Assembly (NCBI GenBank): GCA_964019425.1
Contig: OZ025784.1
Coordinates: forward strand, 62,001-126,000
DNA: 64,000 nucleotides
Source: Flectonema sp. DT1601
Taxonomy: Eukaryota
Direction: 5' to 3'
The notes beneath the pieces were generated by a model. The model saw only the letters and a list, made by a program, of their open reading frames with translations. It was not told the origin of the DNA and did not search any database. Made by a program: the position numbers and the translations under genes. Shown here in pieces: positions 12,901-25,603 of the stretch. The first letter of the stretch is position 1; each line of letters begins with the position of its first letter.

Positions 12901-14259
12901 ACTACCAACGTCAAATGTTAAGGTACAGCCTTGGCTTATTATGGTCAATTCTCCAACCTTGTTATCGAACAACAAACAAATGTGATTCCAAGAAGATTCT
13001 GACAATTGTGGTATTTCACTGCAAGTCAGGTGTTCGTGATTGAATATAATAAAAGGACGTCGATCTCGAAGTGACAACAGAAGTTGAGAATCATCATCGA
13101 CAGAATTACAACCGAGAACACCCATTTCATTCAATGGTTTGGTACTAATGTTTTTAAACGACGGTCTCATCATCAAACTTATCGTAAAACTACCACCCAA
13201 AGAGAGCTGATCAACTGTTCCCAACAACAGTCTTCGAGTTCCATCAAACATCCCTGGAGGAATCTTCCTCCTACAAGTACTCTCTAGATGAGGTACAACA
13301 AGAAGTTCATCAGCTGCTTCTTTAACAATAAGAGGTTGTTTGTTTAATATACAACGTGATGATAGTGCTATCTCCCTTCTTTTGTATCCTGCTGGTTCCT
13401 TTGTTCTTCTTAATACTTCTCTTTTATAACCACATATGAGATGGACTAGCATGAATGACCATGCTGATGACCATTGTTGTTCTATTTCAGGGGTCATGTG
13501 GTCTCCGTATTCAGATCGTAGTATTTCAGTCATGGTTTGCCCAAACCAACCCCACTGATGCTCGCTAACTCCGTAACTGTAATGCGTCGATGCTAAGTTT
13601 CGTAGTTTGTCACCAACGCTGATGTAACTGAGTTCCTTTATGAGTGTTAAAAATTGATTTATAACTCTCCGTGAAAGAGATCCAAGCCTACCAGCAGCAG
13701 CAGCCTTTGAGAATTGTGGTTCTGTCATATACTTAACAAGTTGATTTATTAGTCTTTCTGATTGAAGAGATGTCCAAATATTTTTAACAATCGCAGCTTG
13801 ATCTTTATCCATTCTCGGAACGAACGGTGTTGTTATGGAAGTGGAGGAGTTGATGCCGCTGGAACTGTTGTATGTCTTTCTCTTTGGTAGTAATGGGATG
13901 GTATTACAACTCATCTTAACAATGTAACCAATCACTTGAGGTTGTGGACGATACTCCGCTCCGTACATTTTCTGTTGTCGTAGTAGTCTTCTGGTTTCAT
14001 CATCGCATACGAGGACTGTGTCACTTCTCAACTCACAATACCATTTACATATCGCTGACGTGTTTTTTCTCATCGACTTAAAAACATATCCAATATGAAC
14101 TCCTTCTGCTTTGAGAGAGATTCGACCTTCACCTGGTTTGTCGCAGATTTTTCCAACATCTCTGATGTGGGTCCAATCACCTATTCCAATTACGTCAACT
14201 TTATGACATCTTTTTGAAGGATTCCACCAGAGCCCAACTGTCACTAGTGGGTCATCCAT
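9947..14259 (-). CDS. Multidomain protein: globin + LamG/concanavalin-like + lipase-3-like (no catalytic Ser), ~1382 aa, 3 exons
   Basis: Globin segment LRNLASTHYSYGVSEHQW...TPEIEQQWSSAW; LamG-like SFTISLMMRP...WNHICLLFD...VYLG...FFEGCIGGV; lipase-3-like IIFTGHGIAGAI...CVSFGSPGV...GDMVP. Introns 10574-10661 and 10066-10141 join the downstream ORF in frame. Confidence 0.75.
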
Positions 14260-14501
14260 TTCTTATTGTGAGACCTTCCTTAGTTAGTTAAAAAAAATTA
14301 AAAAAAAAGTGAGAAATTTTTTTTACACTTTGAATAATGAATTTCATATCAAAAGGGAAAGAAAAAAAAAAAAAAAAAAAAACGGCATTCCCGATGGGAC
14401 AATCGCAAGTACTTCATAACAAAAAAAAAGTGGATAAAAATTCCTTAATTCTTTTGGTACACTGACCACTAACTGCAAGGAAGCTGCAATAAGATATTAT
14501 T

Positions 14502-14532
<31 letters not shown>

Positions 14533-15077
14533 CGTTCGCATAATATCCACATCGGAAGTAGAGAGAGAATAGGTTAGCAATAAAGAAGATAGCTTAAAGG
14601 AAGCCGAATATTTTCATTTTAGTTGGTAGCAGCAGCTTTCAACATAAAACAGTAACTTTTAACGACTGAAAAAAAAAATTTTTGGCGATCACAGAAAAAA
14701 ACGTTAGAAAAGAGAAACTAATTTTTTTTTTTTTTTTTTTTTATTGATCAGAAGACATAATATTATTATGTCGAATCTGGTTATTTGGAGGGAACAGGGG
14801 AGGTTTGCTGTTCGTGTTTTTATATTATAAAAACAACACAACGATTATTTAACATCAGTTTCAGAATAAATGTAATGCTTTACTGTAGGCATTACACTCT
14901 TGACATTGATGACTACGAATTAATCGTGAACTTTGGGGGGAACAGGGGAGGTTTGATACGATACGAAAAGATTTATCTGGGAAGAATACCGCAGGTCTAC
15001 AGGGGAGGGGAGGGCAAGCCTTCACCATCATCCGATGAATCGCTGATGGTCAGACTCAACATCCTTCTCTTTAGAAT

Positions 15078-15617
15078 TTAAATACAACCAAGAATATTAC
15101 CCGCAGTAGCTGTAGCACCAGCAATGACAAACAGAACAGAATACCAAATACCAAAAGAGTAGAATGATGTATACCTGTTTTCAGGATCACCTGTAGAATA
15201 TCCAGCTGCCCAAGCAGATCGACTAAAATTCCAAACAAGTCCCGAGATTGTTGTTAAAACCGGGCTGAATGCTCCCGAAATCAGCGACATCGCTAGAAAC
15301 TGCGGGTAAGTTTCTAATGCCTGTTGGTGTGATCGTTGAACGCAGTTGAATTTTTTAGCTTTTTCACTGTCTCCTTCTGCGTACATTTTCGGTAGCGGAA
15401 TTCCGTATTTCTTTCTCGCAGCTCCGACTTTCATCCCCAAGCTCAACAACAGAAACACAGATCCAATAACGTTGACGAGAATTACTCCAGCGAATGCCCT
15501 CGGAAGACCAAAGTTAGTGATGTCATACAAACATGGTATCGAATACTTTAAAATCGACTGTTCCAATGCAATGAAAAGACCTGCTCCACCGAAAGCTTTC
15601 AACATAATGGCAGACAT
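15078..15617 (-). CDS. MGST3: MAPEG family microsomal glutathione S-transferase (MGST3-like)
   Basis: KVGAARKKYGIPLPKMYA...FNCVQRSHQQALE...GYSTGDPENR motifs with TM helices. Confidence 0.9.
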   Translation of the reverse strand: MSAIMLKAFGGAGLFIALEQSILKYSIPCLYDITNFGLPRAFAGVILVNVIGSVFLLLSLGMKVGAARKKYGIPLPKMYAEGDSEKAKKFNCVQRSHQQALETYPQFLAMSLISGAFSPVLTTISGLVWNFSRSAWAAGYSTGDPENRYTSFYSFGIWYSVLFVIAGATATAGNILGCI

Positions 15618-17613
15618 ATTTTTTTTTAATTTTTGGATACAACTAATAGATCTTTTTGTGATTTTTTGAATTAAATAAAAAATATATAAAAATAAGATAC
15701 GTCTGATTTCTTATTTCTCTAAAAGTTGTTCGTATGGAGTTTTCCCTTTTTTTGTTAAGAAAAACACATCACGGTGATCATCTGGCTTGTTGAGATTGAA
15801 TTATTATATATAAACGAAATTTACTACACAAAAAATACAAAAGGAGTGAAATATGCAAAAGGGTGTTGCGCAGTAGGAAGGGTCGAGGGGGAGGATATGA
15901 GACAATTCTTGTTGTTTTTTTTTTTGGTTTCCCCTTCAATTCTCTTCCTCTCTTTGGGATAGTCACTTTTATTTTCTTTTTTTTTGTTTTTTTGTTTTTG
16001 TTTTTTTTTCGAAAAGCCACTTGGTTCTCCTTTTCCCTTGTCATATTTTTTTTTTTTTTTTTTGGTGTTATTATTGTGACTGTTAGTATTTTTTTTTTTT
16101 TTTTTTTTTTCAAAATTATTTAAATGGGAATAATAAAGGGGAACATTGACTCATCCACTTCTGCCCACAAGACAAGGCGGTTTTAAAAAAGATTGTTAAC
16201 CAAAAAACACCCAACATAACATCGCCACCTCTTTCAGTCCAGCAAGAAAACGGCAAAAATCTGATGAGGTTTCTTTTTTTTTTTTCTTCTTTTTTTTTTT
16301 TTTGTTATCGCAAACGAAGACCTTACCGTCGCATTTGATGGAAAAAAAAAAAAAAAAAAAACATAAGTCTGTGTGTTTTCTTGTTTTTTTCTTCTAAATT
16401 CTTTTTTTTTTTTTTTTGAAATTCTAGCTGTAATAAATAGTTTTTACCCCAACTTTGAAAGACGGGCCAGGGTAGTTAGCTGACATGCGATGCGTAGCGC
16501 CAAGATTTTTTTTTTTTTTTAATTTTTTTAAACCTCATTGTTGGTTTGTTTCTTTACACAATCACTTTTATTTAAGTTTTTTTTTTTTTTTTTTTTTTTC
16601 GTATTTTGGTGGATAAAGGGGAAATACTATTTACAAATATGTGAATTCCGCACATGACATTCACCAAGGAAGCTGTCTGGGAGTCAACTACATCTCGGAA
16701 TGGAAGCACGGAGTATTAAAAAACTTTACAGTAAGACAAAACCAAAATATTGCCTTCTATTAATATCGAATAAGATGAAAAATAAAAAAGTTTTGAAGGG
16801 AAAAAAAAAAAAAAAAAAAAAGAAATATGGGGAAAAATTAAAAAGTTGGTTTGATTTCGCACAGCCTGTAAAAACTTTATTTTTATTTTTTATTTTTTTT
16901 TTTCCCTTTTCCCCTCTCAGTTGACAATACAACTTTGCTTTGCTTTTTTTTTTTTTTTTTTTCTCTTTCAAAAAAATTTGTACAAAGGGAAGGTATCGGG
17001 AACTCACCCACCACCACTCCCTTGTTGATTCTCTCGTTATTTCACGTGAGGCTCAACTATTCCTTCTCAATACCTGTAGATTGTGGACTACACAGTTTTG
17101 TGATTACGTAGATACTCCCGTAGGTTCGCATTAACCCCCCACAAGGATTTACGCTATTAGCTATTTTCAAGCTTTTCCTTTTTTTACATGTTTATGTTGT
17201 TCCCCCACCCTCACTTTTTTTTTTTTTTCCCCCCCTGTCCGCGTTGCCTTCCATGACACGAGCTGCCGACTTCTTTCAGATTTTTTTTTGTTAGCGACGA
17301 AAGACTAATTTCGAGATCTCACTTATAAGTTGATTGAAATATGGAAAGGGCGTTTTGTTGAAAGAGGGAATCGCTTCACACGTATGAAACCTACTACCAC
17401 ACGCTGCTATTGTAGATAGCATCTCATACTGGTAATTTAGAAAAACCGCAAAAGGAGGACAAATCTTCCCCTTTCGTGTAACTTACTCCCACTCAATGCA
17501 ACAACGGCTAATAGGGTTTGCATACGTTATTACCACGGGGGAGAACCTATTTTGGGAATCCGTAGGTGGAGGAAATCGAGACTGGCTGGTGTGAAGAAAG
17601 TCTTTATTTTGTT

Positions 17614-19533
17614 TTACGCAGCAGCCTGACTGAAATATTGAACGTCCTTGTCACTGTCTTCTTGGAGTCTGGATCGGAGAGAAAGAGCGCGAGCGTTGCT
17701 CTTCATTCCTTCACTTCCCAGAAGGACTTCTGATACAACCTTTGCGAGGACGAGTCTAACGTTTGGAACTTTATCAGTACAGACCTTGTCAAACATATCT
17801 AAGAAGATATCACTGTGAGCACCAGCAGCACAACAATGACCGGCAATGTGAACAAACATCTGTCTTCGTTGGAAATGAGATTTTGACTCTTCCTCAGGAG
17901 TGCTGGGGTGAAGTGAGAAAATCCATTTTTGCAATTCCTCATGTTCATTCTTATCACCCTGAGTTAATTTGTAATAAACTCTTCCACAAGATGGATAGGC
18001 TGCAGACCTAACGTCAGCTACCTGGTCTTCAGCGAGTCTGATGATCACAGACTGTAGTAGATCCTTACACATCTTTGGGGACACTAGGTCTGCAAGAGCT
18101 CCCATGTTCTGGGCTACTAGTTCGCGGAGTCTCCAGTTTTCAGTTTCTTGAGGGAGGGCACTAATCGAATGGAGATGCTTCTGACGAGCATTATCAGAGA
18201 GACAAGCCATGAACTCAGCAACATGAGTAACGCATCCAATCTTTACCTCATCCAAGTCTCTGAGGAATAGATCGAATGCTTGAGTCAGGATCCTTTCACT
18301 TATTTCAGGTCCAACAACCTTTCCAATTTCATGAAGAGAGAATGAAAGAGTTCTGCGTACTTTCCATTCAACATCTTTAACTAACGATACGTATGCGTCT
18401 TCTAATTCGCTCCATCGTTCTTTTCCAACTGCTGCTACTACTGCTGGAAAGCTATGAGCGCAGTATTCTGAATAGTCGCATTCAGTTCCTGGTTGTGGGA
18501 CCATACCTGCGAAGAGTGTAACCAACTTCTGTGGTATTTCATCACTACCAAAACTGTGAATAAGACCTCCAAGGTTTTGATAGGCTCCAACCTTCACCCA
18601 ACGAGATTGATCTTCAACCAGCGCAGTGAAGACTTCAACAAGTTCTTTATTCCGAACTGCCGGGGTAACTCCAGTTGAAATCTCACAAATATGTTCAACA
18701 CAGGCTTTACGAACACCCCAAATATCATCTTTTGAAAGCGCTAAATATATCGGAAGCACTTTCTCAACTGATGTATCACACCCTATTACTTCCATTAGTT
18801 TTCCAAGGTTTGAAGCAACAGTTTTTCTAACAGAAAAAGACGCATCCATTGAAAGTTGTTCGACTTCTTTAATTACTGAACGAATACATCTTTGTGCTCC
18901 AAATCGTCCAGCAAGTTCATTAAAAAGTTGAGCTGCTACGATACGATAGTCTTCTGCACGTTCATCGTGTGCTAAGGTAACGACTACCGATAGAATTTGA
19001 GTTTCAACTTGGTCGTCTCTAACGAGTTCAACGAGTTTTATTAAAGTATTTACAGCTGACATTCCTACTTGTACATTCTTATCAACCAGTAACTCAAATG
19101 TAAAAGGTAAAAACGTATTCGTCAGTTCTGTATATCCATTCTCTCCACCTTCGATTAAGAATTGAGCCAACGGGAATAACTGTTCAACGAATGTTTGTCT
19201 AACTGATGGTTCTGAGTCAGCCACGAAGTTTGATAGCAGAGGAAGCATCCGAGAGAGAGTCGCATTGTAAGAACAGTCAACAGCAGTGTCCGCTAGTTCT
19301 CTGACTAGTACGAGTCTTTGAAGAGAAAAGTCTGATGTGTGGTATCTTTCAAGTCTGGTGATGGCATCTAAGGAATCATCCATTGAATACTCCTCGTAAC
19401 CGAATCCATCCTGTTGTGTTGGTGTTGGTGTTGTTGTTGTTGTTATGTTAGAAAACATCAGCTATCGTATTCAACATACCTGATCATCGTCGTAGTCAAC
19501 GTCTCCGTCGTCTCCGATTCCACCGCCGTACAT
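17614..19533 (-). CDS. PPP4R1: Protein phosphatase 4 regulatory subunit 1-like HEAT-repeat protein (2 exons)
   Basis: DDIWGVRKAC, SRWVKVGAYQNLG, YCAHSFPAV, WKVRRTLSFSLHE and DKVPNVR. True ATG at 19533, with intron 19411-19479. Confidence 0.85.
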
Positions 19534-19953
19534 TTTGTTATTTCTGTGTGTCTGATTTAGTAGAAATAGAATTTCTTTTTAACACACAAATATATATTTT
19601 CAATAACAACCTGTTAACGAGATCACTATAATCTCAAATCACTCATCCCACCGATAAGATGTCGTCAACAATAATGAACTTCACACGGTTTTTTTTGGTC
19701 ACTTTTTTTTATGAACAACCTCACTACAAGACAGGGAGGGGTGGTGAAACTACCTTTTCAATTTTTTTTTTCTTTATAATGGTTGGGGGTTTACTACTTT
19801 ACCATTGTTTTATTTTTTTTTTTTTTTGTAGTGTCCTCACTCCCAGTAGTTCTTTCAACACATAAGAGACCCTAAACAGTTCGTAGCGGGTATATATAAC
19901 ATTAAGTCCTGTTGACCTCCCTCTAAGAGGTGCTAATCTTTCAGGTAATAAGA

Positions 19954-22050
19954 TTATTCAAGAAGAGATTTTAATTTATTTCGGAGTTGTTTCAGTTCCG
20001 CTGCGAGAGCATCGTTTTCTTGAACGATACTCGTGACGTCAGCTGTAATCTGTTCTGTGTCTATAGATTCGTTACGTCCTTGTTGTTTTTCAAGTTTTTC
20101 TTCAATCTCGTAAGTTTGTTGGTTTACAGAACCCTTCTGTTCAACACCTCGAATTAGTTTATCAAAGTGTTCTCTTAATGAGATAAGTCCTCTGTAAACA
20201 TTCTTCGCTGCAACTTGAGCGTCCTCCTTAACTTCTTGAAAACAGACTTCTTCAGTTTCAGCAAATGCTCTAACTAATCCTTCTCTCATGTTTCCGATTT
20301 CTTTCATTGTGTCTCTAGTCTGTCCAGTAATCTTATCTACCTGGTCTTGTTGTTTTCTTATGTTTCTAATTATGTCGGAAATCCTTTGAAGGTAATGATC
20401 GCGATCAACTCCCTGTTGTTGTTGTTGTTGTTGTTGCTTGTAATTGCAAAAAAAAAAATATATCCTTTAATTAGATTTACAAAAAGACAATGATTTCTTG
20501 GGTAGCTACCCACCTGTGGCTTTCGTTTCTTCTGCGACTTCTGAAGTCTGAAGTTTGTCAGTGATGAATAGTACGATACATACCTTTGGGCACTTCTCAA
20601 CTTCGGCTTCCAGTTGACGGAGGAGTTCGTCTTTTTTCTTTGAATCAATTTTGAGTTGTTTTGAACGAATCTTTGCGTCTTCAACACTTTCTAGTAGGAT
20701 GCGAGATTTGGAAGTCGCTTTTTCGATTTCTGCTTCAATCGCATTGTATCGATCTCTGAGTTTCTTCTGACGGGCTTCCCACTGTGAGTCGAGATCGCTT
20801 CTAATTTCAATAGCTTCCTCAATCTGAGAAATGATTGATTCTTGACTGTTCTCCTCATCGCATAATTGAAGACAACGTTGGTACATATCGTATTTCTGTT
20901 CTAAAACATCACCGTCCCCACTTATCTCAACTACTCTCGCAGACTCTGATTCTTGAAGTGTTAGTAGTCTATCCATATCATCTTGAGCTGCTACGGTGTC
21001 ACTCATTAGCTGTTGAATTGAGTTGGTAGCTTCTTTAATCTTTCTTCTTATCTTCTGACTCTCTTCAGCCTTTTCAAGTTTCTTCTGAACGTGTTGAGAC
21101 TCTGCCTCAGCCAATGCCGCTTGTTCTTCGATTTCGTTTACAGTTCCGAATTGCATTTCTGTTACGAATCTGCTCTTCGTCGATGAATCAGCTGCGCGGA
21201 GTTCCTGTCTTCTGCGAGATTCCGCAGCCTTTGCAGAGGCTTCCTTTTCAGAAATTTCTTCCAAAAGAGCTGCCATTGCCTCTCGTTTTTGACGACGAAA
21301 CTCTTTTCTAGTGAAGCCTTGTCCTTTTCCTGACTTCTCCCATTCTTCTGATTCAAGTTTGTCGCGAGCGGCAGCTGCTCCGTTTATAGTCATCAGAGAT
21401 GTGAATAATCGGAGTTTACGACGGATCTGTTTTACAGCGTAGTCGATATTCTCTGCGCACCACTCGGCTTCTTCATCAGAAGTTGGTGTCGTAAAGAGAC
21501 ACATTCCAGCAGGCATTTGATTGACGTGTTTTGACGGCTCACGGTATTGTCCTCTGAGAGGTGGCCAAATTACTTTACTGGCAGCACGAAGTTCACTGAT
21601 GGTCCTGTCCATGTTTGAGGATTTTTCTTCGAGAAATTCCCAACAGCGAGCGGCAAGTTCAGAAGATTCACCTCCTCCCAACATATCGGTATCAGCACCA
21701 GTGTCTGCTGCTTGTTCTCCTTTGGCTGGTAGGTTTTGACACAACCATGAAATAATTCCCTTTGTAGTTGAAGGGTTTGGGTACATGAACTGGTTGAATG
21801 TTAACTCCTCAGGGTATCCTATGCTGTTAATCGCATTAGCTAAGTCACTCGTTGCCTTAAATCTTGAGCTCATTCCCGTTGGTAAGGTTTTTGACGTCCC
21901 CTCGAGTGGCTCAGGTGATATTTCCTCACAGAACCTGTGGGCTGCCGTGTATAACAAACTACTGTCGAATTCTCTAATGCTTTTTATTTCTCCAACTTCC
22001 ACTCCCAAGCCCGTCAGTTGGGCGAAGATCAGCTCATCGATCTCAGCCAT
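19954..22050 (-). CDS. CCDC22: CCDC22 (CCC/Commander complex subunit), 641 aa, 2 exons
   Basis: N-terminal LPTGMSSRFKATSDLA...GYPEELTFNQFMYP. Removing intron 20413-20583 gives CPKGVDRDHYLQRISDIIRNIRKQ, matching the CCDC22 C-terminal coiled coil. Confidence 0.85.
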
Positions 22051-25000
22051 TTTATTATCGTTTTGGTTTCTTACTTATGAAAAGAAATTAGAGTGACAGA
22101 TGTATAAAAAACTAACAAGTTCAAAACAATAAAAGGCTAACCTTTTTTTTTTTAGTAGATCAAATGATAAAAAAAAGGAAAAAGAACAACAGTCAGGCAG
22201 AAGAGAGTTAAAGCCGATTGCTTGAAGGAAGTAAGATAAGGAAGTAAGAAAGAAAAATGTTTTTTTTTTTTTTTTTTTTTTTTTCCCCCTTTAAAAGCAC
22301 TAAATAATTGATCCAGGATTCCATTTGTATTTATTTATCATAAAAAATAAATTCATAACAGACTCCCTTCGAATAACAATCACTCAGGGTCGCTGTCCAT
22401 TCCGTTCCACACTCGCAGGGGGGGGAATGCATAGCCAGCGACAACATGAATGCTTTAAAAAAAAGAGAAAAAAAAAGAGAGACGACATACAAAAAAAAAC
22501 CATAAGGTCTGTTCTGTTCATTGCGTTATGACATTTTTTTTCTTTTTTTATAAAAATACCGAAAAAAAAAACAGAAAATGAAAAAACTAATACGAAAGGA
22601 AGAATGTTGCAAGGCGACACGAACGCTCCAGAAAAAAAGAGAAAAGACGAACGGGGTGATCGCTACCTTTAATGCTCACCACCAGAGTTTACTTGTTCTA
22701 ATCAGCAGTCGTTTATCGGAACTCACCAGGACAGTAGATAAAAGACCTCCACTACACTTGCGTATTGTGCATCACTCATAACAGTAGTTAGTTAGTATCA
22801 TTAATTTTAGAATAGAAAAGTGAGAATAAGAAAAGTAGAGATTAGTAAAAGAAAAGTATTCATTTCTACAGTTTCCTAACATCAAAAGGGTAATAGAATA
22901 TGTAGTTTCAGGAGACTTAATCTTATACTACTCGTCCCTTTTTAGTCCTTCATCAGTAAGTTCTAAGGGACTTCATTCCATGTTGTAAATAACAGTAGTT
23001 AGAATATGAGTTTATTATAAAAAAGTGCACTAAATTAAAATATAAAAAAAAAAAATAAAAAAATTATAAAAACACATTGTTCTGCTGTTCCATAATACAC
23101 TGTGGAATACGTAGTTTCAGGCCTTGGTTAGTTAGCGAGTCCGACATACCATCGAGTACTGGTTAGATAGACACAACAGGGTGGTTAACCACCTGTGAGT
23201 CCCCAAATACTACGACATTATGTCGAACCTGATCCCTGAGAGGATCACTTTTTAGTAAACTACGTAACATCATTTACAATGTGGAAAAAAAAAAAAAAAA
23301 AAAAAAAAATGAGGGAAAAAAATATTTTTTGAATTAAAACAACATAGCTGTGTGCCATGTGCGACAAAAGTTGAAAAAAAAAAAAAAAAAAAAAATCACA
23401 AAAACAGTAAAAGTAATCGGAGATTTAAAATATATAATGATATTCCTCTCTTTTAATGAGATCAAGATAACTGAACTCCAGTAATGGGGAACACATTATT
23501 AAATAAATCAACAAAAAACCCGACAAAACAAGAACCACTCTGATGTTAAAATTCAACTTTGTACAGATAAATTATAGTGCAATAAAATATAATAAAAGAA
23601 AAAAAGAGATAAAAGAAAGTCCCACAGCCAATTGGTAGCAACGACGGGCGGTGTGTACAAATGACAGGGACGTAATCAGTGCAAAAAAAAAGAAAATAAT
23701 AAGTATTTTGAGAAAGGCTAATCTTCGCTATTAACAGTCGCTGTTTCACAGTTGGTTCGTCTATATTCAACCAGTTTGTCGGAGTCTTCGATTTTAACAA
23801 CCCCAACGCAAACTAAAATCAAATACCCGTTAACAACAATATAAAAAATACAAAAAATCGCAAACACAACCCAAACATACCACTCACTAGGAAGGTCAAA
23901 AGCAACCTGAATAATCGCATAAATATTTGACACCAAAACCAGAAGGGAAATTATTAAAACAAGTAAAGCTGTCCATCCTTTGGTAGCCCATTGCTTACAA
24001 CGTGATGTTGACATAGCGAAATATAGAGCTGGAAGCATTGCGAATGGAAGTTGAATACTTTGAGCAACATTAAGCCATTCGTTTAGGTTGTCCATTCCTG
24101 AGGGATTTCCGGGTGTTTCGATAGCCACGATCAACGCAGGAATTAATGAGAAAGTTCTCGAAATAAAAGTCCTAGTCGCAGGTTTTACCCTCAAATCCAA
24201 GAACCCTTCCATAATAAACTGACCTGCATAGGTACCAGTGATTGTTGATGCTTGCCCAGCCGCTAGCACTCCAAGAGCCCATATGTATTTCCACCATTCT
24301 GCACTATAAACCGCCTCCAGACAAGCTCCAGCAGAAAGAAGTCCAATTTGGTCCGTGCCGCTATCGCCCTTTGGTGTTATTGGATTGCCTTCGTAATAAC
24401 AAACTGGATGACCTTCGCTGTCAAAGTAATCTAAATTCGCAAACACCGCTACGACAAATAAATTTATTATAAAAGAAATTAACAATGCAATCGTTGACTC
24501 TACTTTGTTGTAAAAAACTGCTTCTGAAATATGATATTCAGCCTTTCTTTCATTAGAAGTAAAATCTCTATCAATTTTTCTAGAAAGAACAAGAGCAGAA
24601 TGCAAAAATAAATTATGAGGCATGATGATAGCACCAATGAGACCAACAGCTGATTGAAAGGAGTCGTTGTCTGTAATTCTGGGTTCTGCCCATCCTCTGA
24701 ATAATTCACCCTGTGGAGGTAGACTGCTGAAATATTGAAATCCAAAAGTCACGACCATCGTTGAAATAAAAACACCAAAGAGAGCCTCAAGCTTCCTCAT
24801 ACCACTTCTGTCTAATAACATAAACGCAAAGCAATCAGCTGCTGTGATGAGACAACCAGCGTAGATTGGAATTCTATCCCCGCTTAGAATCTTTATTGCT
24901 ATGGCTGATCCAACTACTTCTTGACAATCAGCACATATCAATGCCACTTCAGTCATTAACCATAAAGTGTATCGAATTGGTTTTGGAAAAGCAGTGCAAT

Positions 25001-25530
25001 GCTGAGCTAGATGCTTTCCCGATACGACACCTAATTTTGATACGAGACTCTGAAGAACGAGTCCCATTATTGTAGCCCAGAATAGCACTCCGAGTAAGTC
25101 GTACTTTGTTGAAGCTCCAGCCTGTAAATCAGCTTCCAAATTCCCAGGATCGAGATAGGCGATACTCATTAGGAATCCAGGTCCAGTAAACATCCATAGC
25201 TTCCTCCATGAGAATTTTAATGTTCCGTTTTCAATGAAATAATCAAATCCAGTTCCTTTGCTTATCTGACTTCCTTCCTCAGCGTCATCATATTCGTCTT
25301 CCGAATTCGGATCGACAAATTGATTGTTTTTAAAAGGTGCGTCATCGTATCCCATGTTGTTAACGGTGTTGGGTAATTACCTTTTTGAAAAATTAATTTA
25401 AAAAAAAAAACAGAAACTGATGAGAGTCAAAACCTATTTTTTTTTTTTTTTCAAACGCAAAACCATCGCCTACTTGCGTAAATAGAAAGCAAACCCTCGT
25501 GAGCACGGCCTGGATATGGTCGTCGAAAAA
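21986..25530. repeat. Segmental tandem duplication, copy 1 (~3.55 kb)
   Basis: Near-identical to 25605-29149 at an offset of 3619 nt. Confidence 0.97.
23718..25355 (-). CDS. NRAMP: NRAMP/SLC11 divalent metal transporter, copy 1
   Basis: GPGFLMSIAYLDPGN, MPHNLFLHS and GQASTITGTYAGQFIMEGF signature motifs. Confidence 0.97.
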   Translation of the reverse strand: MGYDDAPFKNNQFVDPNSEDEYDDAEEGSQISKGTGFDYFIENGTLKFSWRKLWMFTGPGFLMSIAYLDPGNLEADLQAGASTKYDLLGVLFWATIMGLVLQSLVSKLGVVSGKHLAQHCTAFPKPIRYTLWLMTEVALICADCQEVVGSAIAIKILSGDRIPIYAGCLITAADCFAFMLLDRSGMRKLEALFGVFISTMVVTFGFQYFSSLPPQGELFRGWAEPRITDNDSFQSAVGLIGAIIMPHNLFLHSALVLSRKIDRDFTSNERKAEYHISEAVFYNKVESTIALLISFIINLFVVAVFANLDYFDSEGHPVCYYEGNPITPKGDSGTDQIGLLSAGACLEAVYSAEWWKYIWALGVLAAGQASTITGTYAGQFIMEGFLDLRVKPATRTFISRTFSLIPALIVAIETPGNPSGMDNLNEWLNVAQSIQLPFAMLPALYFAMSTSRCKQWATKGWTALLVLIISLLVLVSNIYAIIQVAFDLPSEWYVWVVFAIFCIFYIVVNGYLILVCVGVVKIEDSDKLVEYRRTNCETATVNSED

Positions 25531-25603
25531 GAATTGGCTTTAACTTCAACTATACAGAAAATAATGATATAACACTGTGATTTTTTGTTTGTGCACGAAA
25601 CCG
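25531..25603. repeat. Short dispersed element at the duplication junction; similar to 57453-57535
   Basis: Shares AACTATACAGAAAA, ATATAACA and TTTTTTGTTTGTG(T)CACGAAACC, colinearly, with the TrpRS intron. Confidence 0.7.

Noticed and set aside
20514..20547. Extra mini-exon TSEVAEETKAT in CCDC22
   Set aside because: Its downstream donors are out of phase with the 20413 acceptor. A single intron 20413-20583 gives the conserved PKxxxRxxY spacing.
25540..25575. Spliced-leader sequence relic (TTTCTGTA core) in the junction element
   Set aside because: Only an 8-nt match to the euglenozoan SL core; the SL 5' (AAC.AAC) and 3' (TATTG) ends are absent.
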